Of a DNA stretch of 64,000 nt, positions 48,820 through 59,080 are shown piece by piece. The notes beneath the pieces were generated by a model. The model searched no databases and had not been told where the DNA came from. It worked only from the letters and a program-made list of their open reading frames with translations. The stretch lies in NCBI GenBank assembly GCA_963752475.1, contig CAVVYR010000029.1, positions 160,001 through 224,000 on the forward strand, read 5' to 3'. Source of the stretch: an uncultured Chloroflexia bacterium. GTDB lineage: Bacteria > Chloroflexota > Limnocylindria > Limnocylindrales > CSP1-4. The translations under genes were made by a program, and so were the position numbers. Every line of letters begins with the position of its first letter. Position 1 is the first letter of the stretch.

Positions 48820-49658
48820 CCGAACGAGCTGTCCGAGCGGGCCCGTGCAGCAAGGCCCTGGCCACCCTCGGGCCGGCCACGAAGCGCCTCACGCACCTCG
48901 GTGACGAGCTCGTAGTAGCGATCCTCCTCGCGCGTCTGGTCGTCGCGCGGGTAGGGCAGGTCGATGTCGATGGTCTCGGCGATGCGCCCGGGGCGCGGGC
49001 TCATGACCACCACGCGGGAGGAGAGGAAGACGGCCTCGGGGATGGAGTGCGTGACGAAGATGATGGTCGTGCCGGTCTCGCTCCAGATGTCGAGCAGCTC
49101 CGAGTTGAGCCGTTCACGTGTCATCTCGTCGAGGGCGCCAAAGGGCTCGTCCATGAGCAGGATCGACGGCTGCAGCGCCAGCGCACGGGCGATGGCCACA
49201 CGCTGCTGCATACCGCCTGAAAGCTGATGCGGGTAGTGCTTGGCGAATCCGCCCAGCTCGACGAGCTCGAGCTTCTCGTTCACCAGCGCCTGGCGCTTGT
49301 CCCTGGGGTAGCCGGTGACCTCCAGCGGGAGCCGGACGTTGGCTTCGACCGTGCGCCAGTCGAAGAGCACCGGGGCCTGGAAGACCATGCCGTACTCACG
49401 ATCGAGCCGCGCCTGGTGGGCGGGCTTGCCGTTGACCTCGACCGTTCCCGCAGTCGGGGAGATGAGGTCGCCGACGGCGCGCAGCAGCGTGGACTTACCA
49501 CAGCCCGAGGGGCCGATGAGGGAGATGAACTCGCGCTGCCCGACCTCGAAGTCGATGTCCGTGAGGGCGACGGTGGGCTCGCCGTCCTTGACGGGGAAGA
49601 CCTTCTCGACACCGGCCAGGCGGACGGCGGGTGTGGCTGCTTGCTCCATGGACGTCAT
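48816..49658 (-). CDS. ABC transporter ATP-binding protein (TauB/SsuB-like)
   Basis: [30 protein letters not shown]. Confidence 0.94.
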   Translation of the reverse strand: MTSMEQAATPAVRLAGVEKVFPVKDGEPTVALTDIDFEVGQREFISLIGPSGCGKSTLLRAVGDLISPTAGTVEVNGKPAHQARLDREYGMVFQAPVLFDWRTVEANVRLPLEVTGYPRDKRQALVNEKLELVELGGFAKHYPHQLSGGMQQRVAIARALALQPSILLMDEPFGALDEMTRERLNSELLDIWSETGTTIIFVTHSIPEAVFLSSRVVVMSPRPGRIAETIDIDLPYPRDDQTREEDRYYELVTEVREALRGRPEGGQGLAARARSDSSFG

Positions 49659-50821
49659 GCTCCCTTGGCCGACGACGAGCCGGCCTGGCCGCCCGGCGAG
49701 CCTGATGTTCGCTGGCGGGTGCTGAGGACCTCCGCGATGCGGACCATCACGAAGAAGAGGATGCCCGTGAGGGCGGCGATGAGGATGGTGGCCCACAGCT
49801 TCTCGGGGCCGGTGATGTACTGCTGGTTGAAGTTGATGATGGCGCGGCCGAGCCCGTCCTTCACCCCGCCCGGGCCCTCACCGATGATGGCGCCGACGAG
49901 TGCCGCCGCGGCGGCCACCTTGAGCGCCGTGAAGAGGTAGGGCACCGAGGCCGGCAGGCGCACCTTGCGGTAGATCGCCCACTTGCTGGCCGCGAACGAG
50001 CGCATCAGCTCGAGCGAACGTGGATCGGGTGAACGCAGGCCACGGGCCTGGGCCACGGTCACCGGGAAGAACGTGAGGTAGACGGCGATGAAGATGACCG
50101 CCGACTGTCCGCGTCCGAGGGCCGCCGCGATGATCGGCGCGAGGGCCACGATGGGGATGGCCTGGCTGGCGATGACGTAGGGCATGAGGCCGCGCTCGGC
50201 CAGGCTGGAGTGGACGAAGACCGAGGCCAGCACGACACCGACCAACGCACCGATGGCGAAACCGATGACGGCGCTGCGCCAAGTCGCGAAGGCGGCGCCC
50301 ACGAGATAGACGAAGAGCGAGTCGTCCTGGTTCCGCTGCACCGGCTCGACCAGCGCATAGAGGATGTCCCACTGGTGCGGCAGCTGCAGGTCGCTGGCCT
50401 GGAGCAGGTAGAAGGGCGGCTCGTGGAAGTAGTCCCAGCCCGTACCGAGCACGTTCTCGAATCGCCAGGGGTCCCCGAAGAGCCACTTGAAGCCTTCCCA
50501 TGCGAGGAAGACGAGGCCGAAGAAGACGACGAAGGCGAGGATCGTGCGCGCGAGCCGACCGGCCGGCGAAGACCAGCGACCGACGACCGCCTCGGCTCCG
50601 CCGCTGGAGCTCTGGGCGATGTCATCGGCGACGCCGGCGACGCCGAGCGCCTCCTCGATGGCCTCGGCTCGCTCGAGGTCATCGGGCTCGGGTACCCAGT
50701 ACGCGGACGTGTTCGGGCCGAGGGCACGGTAGGGCATCGGCTTGCGCCGTTCGTCGGTCGCCTGCTCCTGGTCTCGGGCTGCCTCCTCGGGCGTGCCCTG
50801 GACCTCGCCCTCGTCGCTCAT
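49655..50821 (-). CDS. ABC transporter permease with acidic N-terminal extension
   Basis: SQAIPIVALAP, FFPV, LELMRSFAA, LFTALKV, GAIIGE. Confidence 0.9.
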   Translation of the reverse strand: MSDEGEVQGTPEEAARDQEQATDERRKPMPYRALGPNTSAYWVPEPDDLERAEAIEEALGVAGVADDIAQSSSGGAEAVVGRWSSPAGRLARTILAFVVFFGLVFLAWEGFKWLFGDPWRFENVLGTGWDYFHEPPFYLLQASDLQLPHQWDILYALVEPVQRNQDDSLFVYLVGAAFATWRSAVIGFAIGALVGVVLASVFVHSSLAERGLMPYVIASQAIPIVALAPIIAAALGRGQSAVIFIAVYLTFFPVTVAQARGLRSPDPRSLELMRSFAASKWAIYRKVRLPASVPYLFTALKVAAAAALVGAIIGEGPGGVKDGLGRAIINFNQQYITGPEKLWATILIAALTGILFFVMVRIAEVLSTRQRTSGSPGGQAGSSSAKGA

Positions 50822-50850
50822 ACCCTGCTGGTGCGTCGTCCCGTCGCGCG

Positions 50851-52185
50851 CTAGGAACGCACGCCCTTGTCAGCGAGGTCGAGTGCGCCGTCGATGATGT
50901 CGAAGCCCTCGGCCAGCTCCTCCTCGGTGATCGTCAGCGGCGGGTTCGTGTGGATCATGCCGAAGCGCAGGAAGGTGAAGAGGCCGTGCTCCTTGAGGTA
51001 CCCGCCGACCGCCTTCATCTCGTCGCTGGTGCCGTTGTACGGCGCCATCGGCTCCCACGGATCGGTGCTGCGGACGAGCTCGATGATGCCGAACATGCCC
51101 TTGTTGCGGGTACGCCCGACCGAGGGGTGCTTCTCCGCGAGTCGCTCGTGGTGGCCGGCCATGACCTGGCCCATGCGCTTGGCACGAGCGATGAGGTCGT
51201 CCTGCTCGTAGACGTCGATGACTGCGAGGGCCGTGGCACAGGCCAGCGCGTGGCTGTTGTAGGTGAGTCCGGCGGGGAAGGGCTTGTCGCCCCACGTGTC
51301 GGCGACCTTCCGGCTCATGCCCAACGCGCCCAGTTGCACGTAGCTGGAGGTCAGGCCCTTGGCGATGGACATCAGGTCGGGCTCGACGCCCCAGTGGTCC
51401 ACGGCGAACCACTCGCCGGTGCGCCCGAAGCCGCTCATGACCTCGTCGGCGATGAGCATGATGCCGTGCTGGGTGCAGAGGTCACGCACGCCCTGCATGT
51501 AGCCGTCGGGCGGGATGAGGATGCCGTTGGTGCCGACGATGGGCTCCATGATGAAGCCGGCGATGTTCTGCGGGCCCTCGTACATGATCACTTCTTCGAG
51601 CTCGCGCAGGGCCACGTCGGTGGGCTCGGGGTCCGGCCTACCCCACTTGTGGAAGTCGGGGGCGCGGACGATGCCGCTGACACCGATCTCGGCACCCCAG
51701 CGGCGGGGATCGCCGGTGGCCACGATGGTGGAGCCGACGGCACCGTGGTACGAGCGGTTGCGGGCCAGGATCTTCTGGCGACCGGTGTAGTGACGGGCGA
51801 TCCTGATGGCGTTCTCGTTGGCCTCGGCACCACCGTTGGTGAAGAACCAGACGTCGAGGTCGCCGGGCGTGATCTGGGCCAGCTTGCGGCCCAGCTCCGC
51901 ACGCGGCTCGGTGGCCGTGTACGGGTGGACGTAGCAGACCTTCTGAGCCTGGGCCGTGATGGCGTCGATGACGCGCTGGTCGCCGTGGCCGATGTTCACC
52001 GACATCAGCTGGCTGTTGAAGTCGAGGATGCGCTCGCCGTCGGGCGTGTACATGTAGCAGCCCTTGGCGTACTCGATCGGTACCGGCGCGACCGCGTCCT
52101 GCGGCACCCAGTCGAACATCGTGTGCTTCTTGGACAGCGCCGACATCTCGTCGGCGCTCATCAGCTTTCGGGTCTCCTCGACCAT
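50851..52185 (-). CDS. Class III PLP aminotransferase (beta-alanine/taurine:pyruvate-like)
   Basis: DFNSQL, GAEANENA, SYHG, IADEVMSGFGRTG, AKGLTS, GLTY. Confidence 0.92.
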   Translation of the reverse strand: MVEETRKLMSADEMSALSKKHTMFDWVPQDAVAPVPIEYAKGCYMYTPDGERILDFNSQLMSVNIGHGDQRVIDAITAQAQKVCYVHPYTATEPRAELGRKLAQITPGDLDVWFFTNGGAEANENAIRIARHYTGRQKILARNRSYHGAVGSTIVATGDPRRWGAEIGVSGIVRAPDFHKWGRPDPEPTDVALRELEEVIMYEGPQNIAGFIMEPIVGTNGILIPPDGYMQGVRDLCTQHGIMLIADEVMSGFGRTGEWFAVDHWGVEPDLMSIAKGLTSSYVQLGALGMSRKVADTWGDKPFPAGLTYNSHALACATALAVIDVYEQDDLIARAKRMGQVMAGHHERLAEKHPSVGRTRNKGMFGIIELVRSTDPWEPMAPYNGTSDEMKAVGGYLKEHGLFTFLRFGMIHTNPPLTITEEELAEGFDIIDGALDLADKGVRS

Positions 52186-52412
52186 TCCTCACCTCGGTTC
52201 CACCGCGCGCGACCCTGGGCGGATCCGGGTCCCGTGGGATGTCGCAGCGTCGGTTCGTGCGCGGACTATGCCACGCGAGAGCCTCGAGCGGGCCTCGCAT
52301 CGGGGGTTCTGGGCGGTCGCGTGGGCATCCGCGCCCGAGGCGTAACCGGGCGGCATCCACGGTGCGACCGAGGCTCCTCTGGCTCGTCGTGGGGAACGGC
52401 CTGGGCCAGACC

Positions 52413-52724
52413 CTAGGGCTCGGGCGACCACCAGACTGGGGGCTGCACGATGGTGACCTCGCGGGTGACCGTCCCCCAGCCCGGCCCGAGAGTCTCGGCC
52501 CGCCGCTCGTCAGCGGGTCCGCCCATCGCCGCGAGGGCGGCAACGACGAGAGTCACGAGGACGATCAGCACGACCAACAGGAGCAACGGCCGGCGGACCC
52601 TGATGCCTTCGTCTGCGTAGCCCATCAGGCGTGCCTGGTCGCGGTCGCGATCAGCGGACGCCAGCCGGTGTTCGACGACCTTCTCCATGAGGCGTTGCCG
52701 CGAGTGCCGGTCGAACTGATCCAT
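52413..52724 (-). CDS. Hypothetical single-pass membrane protein
   Basis: One long hydrophobic run (LLLLVVLIVLVTLVVAALAA); no family recognised. Confidence 0.55.
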   Translation of the reverse strand: MDQFDRHSRQRLMEKVVEHRLASADRDRDQARLMGYADEGIRVRRPLLLLVVLIVLVTLVVAALAAMGGPADERRAETLGPGWGTVTREVTIVQPPVWWSPEP

Positions 52725-52769
52725 CAAACCTGGCCCATCAGGCGGCGGCCGTGGCGATCCCGAGTGCCG

Positions 52770-52919
52770 CTACCACCAGCAGGAAGCGCCAGCCGACCGG
52801 CTTGCGGCTAGGGTGAACCCGCGGTGCGCCTCGCTGGTGTCCGTGCGCTGTGGGCCGTCGAGCCAGAGCCGGCGACGGACTCGGTCCACCCGACTCGTTC
52901 CGATCTCCTGTTCGGACAT
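52770..52919 (-). CDS. Possible small hypothetical protein (49 aa)
   Basis: ATG 52919 is preceded by an AGGGGG RBS-like site and the ORF fills an otherwise empty gap. Confidence 0.3.
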   Translation of the reverse strand: MSEQEIGTSRVDRVRRRLWLDGPQRTDTSEAHRGFTLAASRSAGASCWW

Positions 52920-53058
52920 GGCGCCCCCTGTGCCCAGTCCCCGCGATCGTGGCCCGAGTGGATCGAAGAGCACAAGAGGCGATCGGCCTTATTGGCCCGG
53001 AGCGTCAAGGTCACGCCCATGGACTTGCACTTGGAGCACTCGCGCCGGGCCGACGCGG

Positions 53059-53442
53059 TCAGCCGACCAGCACGGACGGATCGTCCAGGATCACCTCCAC
53101 GACCGGCGAGCCCGCGACGAAGGCCTCGACCTGACCGGGCCGGTTCCAGGCTTCGCACGCAGCCGTGGCCACGGCGCGCCGCTCGGCTTCGTCGGTCACC
53201 TCGAGCGCCGTGGCCGACAGGTCGACGCTGAGACCGCGCTTGAGGTGGAGCGTCATCCGCGGATCGGCTTTCAGGTTGGCCAGCCAGGCGCGCGTGCCGG
53301 GGGTGCCGGTGATATAGAGACGGTCGTCGACGTTGAAGAAGACGATCTCGATGCGCCGCGGTCGGCCCGATTTGCGGCCGGTGGTGGTTATGTCGATGAT
53401 GCCGCCCTGCTGGAGGGCGGCGGCGATGGGATGGTCGGTCAT
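53059..53442 (-). CDS. Deazaflavin (F420)-dependent nitroreductase-like split-barrel protein
   Basis: ITTTGRKSGRPRR and WLANLKADP motifs of Ddn-like proteins. Confidence 0.82.
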   Translation of the reverse strand: MTDHPIAAALQQGGIIDITTTGRKSGRPRRIEIVFFNVDDRLYITGTPGTRAWLANLKADPRMTLHLKRGLSVDLSATALEVTDEAERRAVATAACEAWNRPGQVEAFVAGSPVVEVILDDPSVLVG

Positions 53443-53539
53443 GGGAAGCCTCGTGCGGGAGAAGCGGAGGATACTGGGTGGGAGTATCCCGAGCAAGAGT
53501 CGTCGACGGCACGGACCGCGGCGCTGCTAGCATCCGGCG

Positions 53540-54238
53540 ATGCCCGACGACGAGCGCCGTGTCCCCTATCGCCCCGTGCGCATGGAGCCCGAGGAGATGG
53601 ATGCGCGTGCCTCGACGTTCTACGAGGAGCTCGACGAGCGCCGCTCGGTACGCGCCTTCAGCCCGCATCCGGTGCCGCGGCGCCTCATCGAGCTGGCCAT
53701 CCAGACGGCTTCGACCGCACCCAGCGGTGCCCACCAACAGCCGTGGACGTTCGTGGCCGTGAGCGACCCTGAGACCCGACGGCGGATCCGCATCGCCGCC
53801 GAGGCCGAGGAACGCCGCGCCTACGAGTCACGCATGTCGGAGGAATGGCTCGACGCGTTGGCGCCGCTGGGCACCGACTGGCAGAAGCCATACCTCCAGG
53901 CCGCACCCTGGCTGGTAGTGCTCTTCGAGCAGGTCCACGGCACGTTCCCCGATGGCAGCCACAAGAAGCACTACTACGCGCGGGAGTCGGTGGGCATCGC
54001 CGCGGGCATGTTCATCGCAGCGGTCCACCACATGGGCCTGGCCACGCTGACCCACACGCCCAGCCCCATGGGCTTCCTGACCACGATCCTGGAGCGCCCC
54101 CGCAGCGAGCGGCCGTTCGTGCTCTTCCCCGTGGGCTATCCCGCGGAGGGCGCGACGGTGCCGGACCTGCGCCGCAAGCCGCTCGATCAGATCGCCGTCT
54201 TCGACCCTCCCCTCGCCGATCCCGACGAGGACGAGTAG
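53540..54238 (+). CDS. Nitroreductase-family protein, iodotyrosine deiodinase-like
   Basis: RRSVRAFS, TAPSGAHQQPW, lid AEAEERRAYESRMSEEW..LAPLGTDWQKPYL, TLTHTPSPM. Confidence 0.85.
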   Translation: MPDDERRVPYRPVRMEPEEMDARASTFYEELDERRSVRAFSPHPVPRRLIELAIQTASTAPSGAHQQPWTFVAVSDPETRRRIRIAAEAEERRAYESRMSEEWLDALAPLGTDWQKPYLQAAPWLVVLFEQVHGTFPDGSHKKHYYARESVGIAAGMFIAAVHHMGLATLTHTPSPMGFLTTILERPRSERPFVLFPVGYPAEGATVPDLRRKPLDQIAVFDPPLADPDEDE

Positions 54239-54566
54239 GCCGCAGGCGCCTGAGTCAGTCGGAAGCGGGTGCCCCATCCTGCCCAGCCTACGTTGACGCT
54301 CGGGGGCTTCGTCGTGGTGCTATCCCAGCGTCAGGCGAGTCTCAGCTGGGCCAAACGACGCTTGGCGGACCAGTCGATGCTCGGTGGGATGGCTGGACGC
54401 TGGCGACGTGGCTTCGAGCGTCAGCCTAGGCCCCATGGGATGAGGCGCAAACCACAGGTGCGATCCGCACCCGAGTGAGCGAGCACGAACAGCGGGTGGG
54501 TGCGAACACGGACAGCGGGTGCGAGCAGTCCGACCCGAGCGAGTCGGACCGAGCGCACGAGTGGTG

Positions 54567-55412
54567 CTATTCGGCGGCGGTCTCTTCCTCGAGCTCTCGA
54601 CCGAGCTCCTCGGTGCGCCGGTAGGCTGCGAACACGGCTTCCGAGAGCACCGTCCGCAGCCGGCCCCGCTCCATCTCGGCGATGGCGGCGGCGGACGTGC
54701 CCGCGGGCGAGGTGACCATGTTGCGCAGGTACGCGGGGTGGTCGCCGCTCTCCTTCGCCAGCAGCGTGCCGCCCAGCAGGGTCTCGATGACGAGGTCGTG
54801 GGCGATGTGGCGCGGGAAGCCCAGGTGCACGGCGGCATCGATGAGCGACTCCATGACCATGAACACGTAGGCCGGACCGGTGCCGCTGACCGCGGTCGAC
54901 ATCGAGACGTACTTCTCGTCCTCGACGTAGATCTCCGCCCCCAGGCTCGTGAGCAGCGCCGCGGCCTGCTGGCGCTGGAGCTCGGTGACCTGCTCGGTCG
55001 CGCACCACACGGTCATGCCCTTGCCCAGCTGGGCCGGCGTGTTGGGCATCGTGCGCACGATCGCATCGTGGCGCAGGGCGTTGCCGAGGGCCTTGCTGGT
55101 GGAGCCGGCGAGGATGGAGATGACCAGCTGGTCAGGGGCCAGCACGCTCGAGAGCTCCCGGCCCACCTTGAGCAGCATCTGCGGCTTGATCGCGAGCACG
55201 ACGAGGTCGGCACCATCGACGGCCTCGGCGTTCGAGCCGGTGGTGCGGATGCCGTACTTGGCCTCGACGGCCTCACGACGCTCGACACGCGGATCGCTGG
55301 CGATGACCTGTTCGGCCGCGACGTGCCCGCCCGAGAGCAGGCCCGCGATCATGGCTTCGGCCATCGCGCCGGTACCGACGATCGCGATGGTCGCTTCCTT
55401 CAGAGGTGACAC
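54567..55412 (-). CDS. proC: Pyrroline-5-carboxylate reductase
   Basis: GTGAMA, LAIKPQ, RTMPNT, SGTGPAY, VTSPAGT. Confidence 0.95.
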   Translation of the reverse strand: MSPLKEATIAIVGTGAMAEAMIAGLLSGGHVAAEQVIASDPRVERREAVEAKYGIRTTGSNAEAVDGADLVVLAIKPQMLLKVGRELSSVLAPDQLVISILAGSTSKALGNALRHDAIVRTMPNTPAQLGKGMTVWCATEQVTELQRQQAAALLTSLGAEIYVEDEKYVSMSTAVSGTGPAYVFMVMESLIDAAVHLGFPRHIAHDLVIETLLGGTLLAKESGDHPAYLRNMVTSPAGTSAAAIAEMERGRLRTVLSEAVFAAYRRTEELGRELEEETAAE

Positions 55413-55439
55413 GCTCGCGAGTATAGGCGGCGTGGCTCG

Positions 55440-56360
55440 CTACGGAGCGGGCGCCAGCGCCTCGACCGTGGCCATCTCACCACCGTCGCCGGCGCTCAGC
55501 GGCAGGATGGCCACGTGCTCAGCACCGGCGGCGTGGAACTCGGCGATGCGCTGTCGCACCTGTTCGGCCGAGCCCCAGGCCACCAGCGAGTCCACGAGCC
55601 GATCCGAGTACGGCGGCTCCCAGTCCTCGGGACCGAAGCCCTGGGCGGCGAGGCTGCGCTGGTAGTTCTCGGCACGGGCATAGGGCCGCATCCAGGTGCG
55701 GGCGGCGGCGCGAGCGGCCTCCTCCTCCCCGACGCACGCAGCGAGGGCCGTGGCGATGATCGGACGCGGCCGATCCGCGGGAGCGGCACCATCGAGCACC
55801 CCGCGCATGTGGGCGATGCGCTCGGCGCTGACGAAGAACGGCAGGGTGCCGTCGGTGGCGGTGGCGGCCAGCTCCAGCATCTTCGGCCCCAGCGCCGCGA
55901 TGAGCACCGGCGGTTCGGCAACCTCGCCATCGGGTCGTTCGACCACCGGCCCGCGGTAGGGCAGTCGTCCGTAGGCCTCGAGGTACTCGCGCATGCGCGT
56001 GAGCGGCTTGTCGTAGGCATGGCCGCGCAGCTTCTGCACGAGGTGCTGGTGGGACACGCCAAGGCCAAGGGCGAAGCGGCCGCCGGTCAGCTCAGCGAGC
56101 GTCATCGCCCCCATGCGCGAGGCCATGGCGTCACGCCCGAAGATGTTGACGATGCTCGTGCCCAGTGCCATGGAGCCTGTGACATCGGCGACAGCGGCAA
56201 GCTGCGCGAAGGGATCGCGGCCGGCGCCCTCGCCGACCCAGAGCGTGCCGTAGCCCAGCTCGGCGACGCGGGCTACCGCAGGTCGGAGGTCAGCCGCGGG
56301 GATGTCAGAGACGAGGCCCCAGATACCGAGGGGGCCGAGAAGTGTTCGCGTGTCGGTCAT
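55440..56360 (-). CDS. LLM-class (probably F420-dependent) oxidoreductase
   Basis: ELGYGTLW, GRFALGLGVSH, AALGPKML, GAEHV. Confidence 0.88.
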   Translation of the reverse strand: MTDTRTLLGPLGIWGLVSDIPAADLRPAVARVAELGYGTLWVGEGAGRDPFAQLAAVADVTGSMALGTSIVNIFGRDAMASRMGAMTLAELTGGRFALGLGVSHQHLVQKLRGHAYDKPLTRMREYLEAYGRLPYRGPVVERPDGEVAEPPVLIAALGPKMLELAATATDGTLPFFVSAERIAHMRGVLDGAAPADRPRPIIATALAACVGEEEAARAAARTWMRPYARAENYQRSLAAQGFGPEDWEPPYSDRLVDSLVAWGSAEQVRQRIAEFHAAGAEHVAILPLSAGDGGEMATVEALAPAP

Positions 56361-56370
56361 GTCCCTGATT

Positions 56371-57162
56371 CTAGGACGGCGCGATGGCCTCACCGAAGAC
56401 GAACGCACGCTGCGTGCTGCCGACCTCCACCGGCCCGAAGCCCTGGGCCACGACGTGGCCGCCGAGCGCCTCCGCATCCCAGCTCGTGAGCTTTCCGGAC
56501 GGGCCGTCAAGGACAGTTGACCCCTGCGCCTCCACGAACACGAACGAGCCACCCGGCCGCAGCCAGGACACGACCCGCTGCAGACGCCGGTCGACCTCGT
56601 CGGGTGAGCCGGCCGAGCCAAGCAGATAGGCCGCGAAGACGACGTCGACCTCCTTGTCGGCCCGGGCCAATGGGTCCCGCTCGTGCAGGTGGGCGAGCAG
56701 GCCGTGGGCCATCAGTCGGCTACGTGCGGCATCGAGGGAGGCGCCGTCGGAGTCGTAGACCCAGAGCTCGCCCTTCTCGGCCAGCAGGGCCGTCCACCAG
56801 CCCATGCCGGCACCGAGCTCGACCAGCGTGCCGGCAAGGTTCAGGCCGTCGATCCAGCGGGTGACCTCGTCGAGCTCCATGGTCCACGGACCGTCATGGA
56901 TAGGACCGCGGGCATGACGGCCGCGCCGCAGATACCAGTCCTCCCAGTCACCCGCTGCCCCGTCATCCCCGGACGCCACGGCCTCGGCTGCCGCGGCACG
57001 ATCTCGCAGCGCGGTACGCACGCGGCCACGCAGGAACCCGTTGTCGTCGGCCTTGGCCAGGCAGTCGGGGCAGAGGGCGGCCCAACCTTCGAGATCGTCG
57101 TCGGAGCGCGTCCCCCACGTCTTGCCGCACCAGAGACAGTCGAAGCGCCGTCGGAAGGGCAT
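56371..57162 (-). CDS. Zinc-ribbon (CxxC...CxxC) fused to class I SAM-dependent methyltransferase
   Basis: CLWC...CPDC at the N-terminus; VELGAGMG motif I; LRPGG. Confidence 0.78.
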   Translation of the reverse strand: MPFRRRFDCLWCGKTWGTRSDDDLEGWAALCPDCLAKADDNGFLRGRVRTALRDRAAAAEAVASGDDGAAGDWEDWYLRRGRHARGPIHDGPWTMELDEVTRWIDGLNLAGTLVELGAGMGWWTALLAEKGELWVYDSDGASLDAARSRLMAHGLLAHLHERDPLARADKEVDVVFAAYLLGSAGSPDEVDRRLQRVVSWLRPGGSFVFVEAQGSTVLDGPSGKLTSWDAEALGGHVVAQGFGPVEVGSTQRAFVFGEAIAPS

Positions 57163-57174
57163 GGCCCTAGTGTC

Positions 57175-58074
57175 TCAGGAAGAAGAAGCCGTCTCGTCGG
57201 ACAGGTATCCGCCGGCCAGGCCGATGGGCGCCAGCGGGCGCCAGGCCTCGATCGGTCCGGCACCGGCGAAGACCTCCGGATAGCAGAGCTCGGCTAGCAC
57301 GGCGATGCCCTCGACCACCCGCGGCCCCGGCCGCACGAAGAGGCCGCGGCCGTCGACCGCGAAGAACTCGCCATCCCGCACGGCGAGCAGCTCGTCGAAC
57401 CACGGCGGCAGGTCGGCTGATCCGAGAGCGGCCTCAGCGCCCGCGGCATCGGTGTCGCGGAGCGCGAGCACCAGGACCTGCGGCTCGACCTCACGCACCT
57501 GCTCCCAGGTCGTCCGCGCTGATGGCTCTCCTTCTCGACCCAGCAGCTCCCAGCCACCGGCACGGCGGACCATCTCAGGCACCCAGCCACCCGCGGCCAG
57601 CAGCGGGTCGAGGCTCTCGATGATGACCACGCGCCGGGTCTCCGGTCCGTAGCCCAGACCGACCGAACCGAGGCGCTCGCGCAGCATCTCGACCAGGCCC
57701 ACGGCCTCGAACTCCGACTCCGTGTAGGCACCCACGGTCGAGATGCTGTTGAGGATGCCCTCGACGGTGTGCGGTGCCAGGGCCACCAGCGTGGTCTCGC
57801 GGGACATGCTGCCGACGAGGTCGCTGATCTCGGCGTAGTCGACGACCGCATGATCCTCGGAGCCGTCGGCGAGCACCAGGTCCGGCTCGAGCTTGGCCAG
57901 CAACGCGGCGTCCACCCGGCGCTGGGGCGCATCGGGGTCATCGACGGTCACGACCGGCACGTCGAGCGCCTCGGCCGGATGGTCGCAGCAGTGGGTGCGA
58001 CCGACGAGATCCTCGCCCAGACCCAGGGCGAAGACGATCTCGGTGGCGGATGGCGTGAGGGAGACGATACGCAT
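57175..58074 (-). CDS. BtuF/cobalamin-binding-like helical-backbone metal receptor protein, no signal peptide
   Basis: MRIVSLTPSATEI, VGRTHCCDHP, GGWVPEMV, RPGPR. Confidence 0.82.
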   Translation of the reverse strand: MRIVSLTPSATEIVFALGLGEDLVGRTHCCDHPAEALDVPVVTVDDPDAPQRRVDAALLAKLEPDLVLADGSEDHAVVDYAEISDLVGSMSRETTLVALAPHTVEGILNSISTVGAYTESEFEAVGLVEMLRERLGSVGLGYGPETRRVVIIESLDPLLAAGGWVPEMVRRAGGWELLGREGEPSARTTWEQVREVEPQVLVLALRDTDAAGAEAALGSADLPPWFDELLAVRDGEFFAVDGRGLFVRPGPRVVEGIAVLAELCYPEVFAGAGPIEAWRPLAPIGLAGGYLSDETASSS

Positions 58075-58153
58075 GGCACGTCATCGTCCCACCTCTCGTC
58101 GCACCTGTCCGGGGAGGGCCCAGAGCCGGCCGCTTGTGCAGTAGGCTGCAAGC

Positions 58154-59080
58154 ATGACCGCAACCGCGGTCGATGTCCGCAAGGTCTGGAAGCGCTACGG
58201 CGAAACGGACGTGGTCATCGACCTGTCCTTCGACGTGCACCCCGGCGAGGTGCTCGGCTTCCTCGGGCCCAACGGCTCGGGCAAGACCACCACGATGCGC
58301 ATGATCCTCGACATCGTGCGCCCGGCCCAGGGGCAGATCGAGGTCTTCGGTGAGCCTCCCGGTGTCGAGCATCAGGCGCGGGTCGGCTACCTGCCGGAGG
58401 ACCGGGGCCTGTATCGCGACGTCAAGATCATCGACACGCTGACCTACTTCGGCTCGCTGCGCGGCATGTCGCGCAAGCAGGCGCACGACAGGGCCATGGC
58501 TCTGCTGACCGAGATGGAGCTGGCCGACGCCGCCGAGAAGAAGGCGGCCGAGCTCTCGCGCGGCATGCACCAGAAGGCACAGCTCATCGCGACCATCCTC
58601 AACGACCCCGAGCTGCTCATCATCGACGAGCCCTTCCAGGGGCTCGATCCGGTCAACGCCGACATGCTCAAGGGCGTGGTGCGCAGCCAGAAGGAGCGCG
58701 GGGCGGCCGTGATCATGAGCACCCACGACATGGGCGATGCGCAGACGCTGTGCGATCGCATCCTGCTCATCGACAAGGGCCGACGGCTGCTCTACGGCAC
58801 CGTGGACCGGGTCCGTGATGCCTTCAGTGACGGCGCGGTCCAGGTCAGCGGCAGCGCTCTGCCTGACTCGGCCGATCAGCTCGGCAGCGTGACCGACGTG
58901 AATCCGGTCGACGGTGCGCTGCGCTACCTCATCGCCGAAGGCTCATCTCCCCAGGACCTCTTCCGGGAGCTGGCCAGCGGTGGCGCGGAGGTCGAGACGT
59001 TCGCGGTTCAGGCACCCAGCCTGGACGAGATCTTCATCCGCACCGTGGCAGGCGACCCGCGAGCAGAGGCCGTGCGATGA
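58154..59080 (+). CDS. ABC-2 exporter ATP-binding protein (NatA-like)
   Basis: GPNGSGKTT, YLPEDRGLY, LSRGM, DEPFQGLDP. Confidence 0.92.
   Translation: MTATAVDVRKVWKRYGETDVVIDLSFDVHPGEVLGFLGPNGSGKTTTMRMILDIVRPAQGQIEVFGEPPGVEHQARVGYLPEDRGLYRDVKIIDTLTYFGSLRGMSRKQAHDRAMALLTEMELADAAEKKAAELSRGMHQKAQLIATILNDPELLIIDEPFQGLDPVNADMLKGVVRSQKERGAAVIMSTHDMGDAQTLCDRILLIDKGRRLLYGTVDRVRDAFSDGAVQVSGSALPDSADQLGSVTDVNPVDGALRYLIAEGSSPQDLFRELASGGAEVETFAVQAPSLDEIFIRTVAGDPRAEAVR

Noticed and set aside
52990-53045. Partial MerR/CIRCE-like words (TTGCACTTGGAGCACT; GTGACCTTGACG)
   Set aside because: There is no complete dyad symmetry and no cognate regulator nearby.
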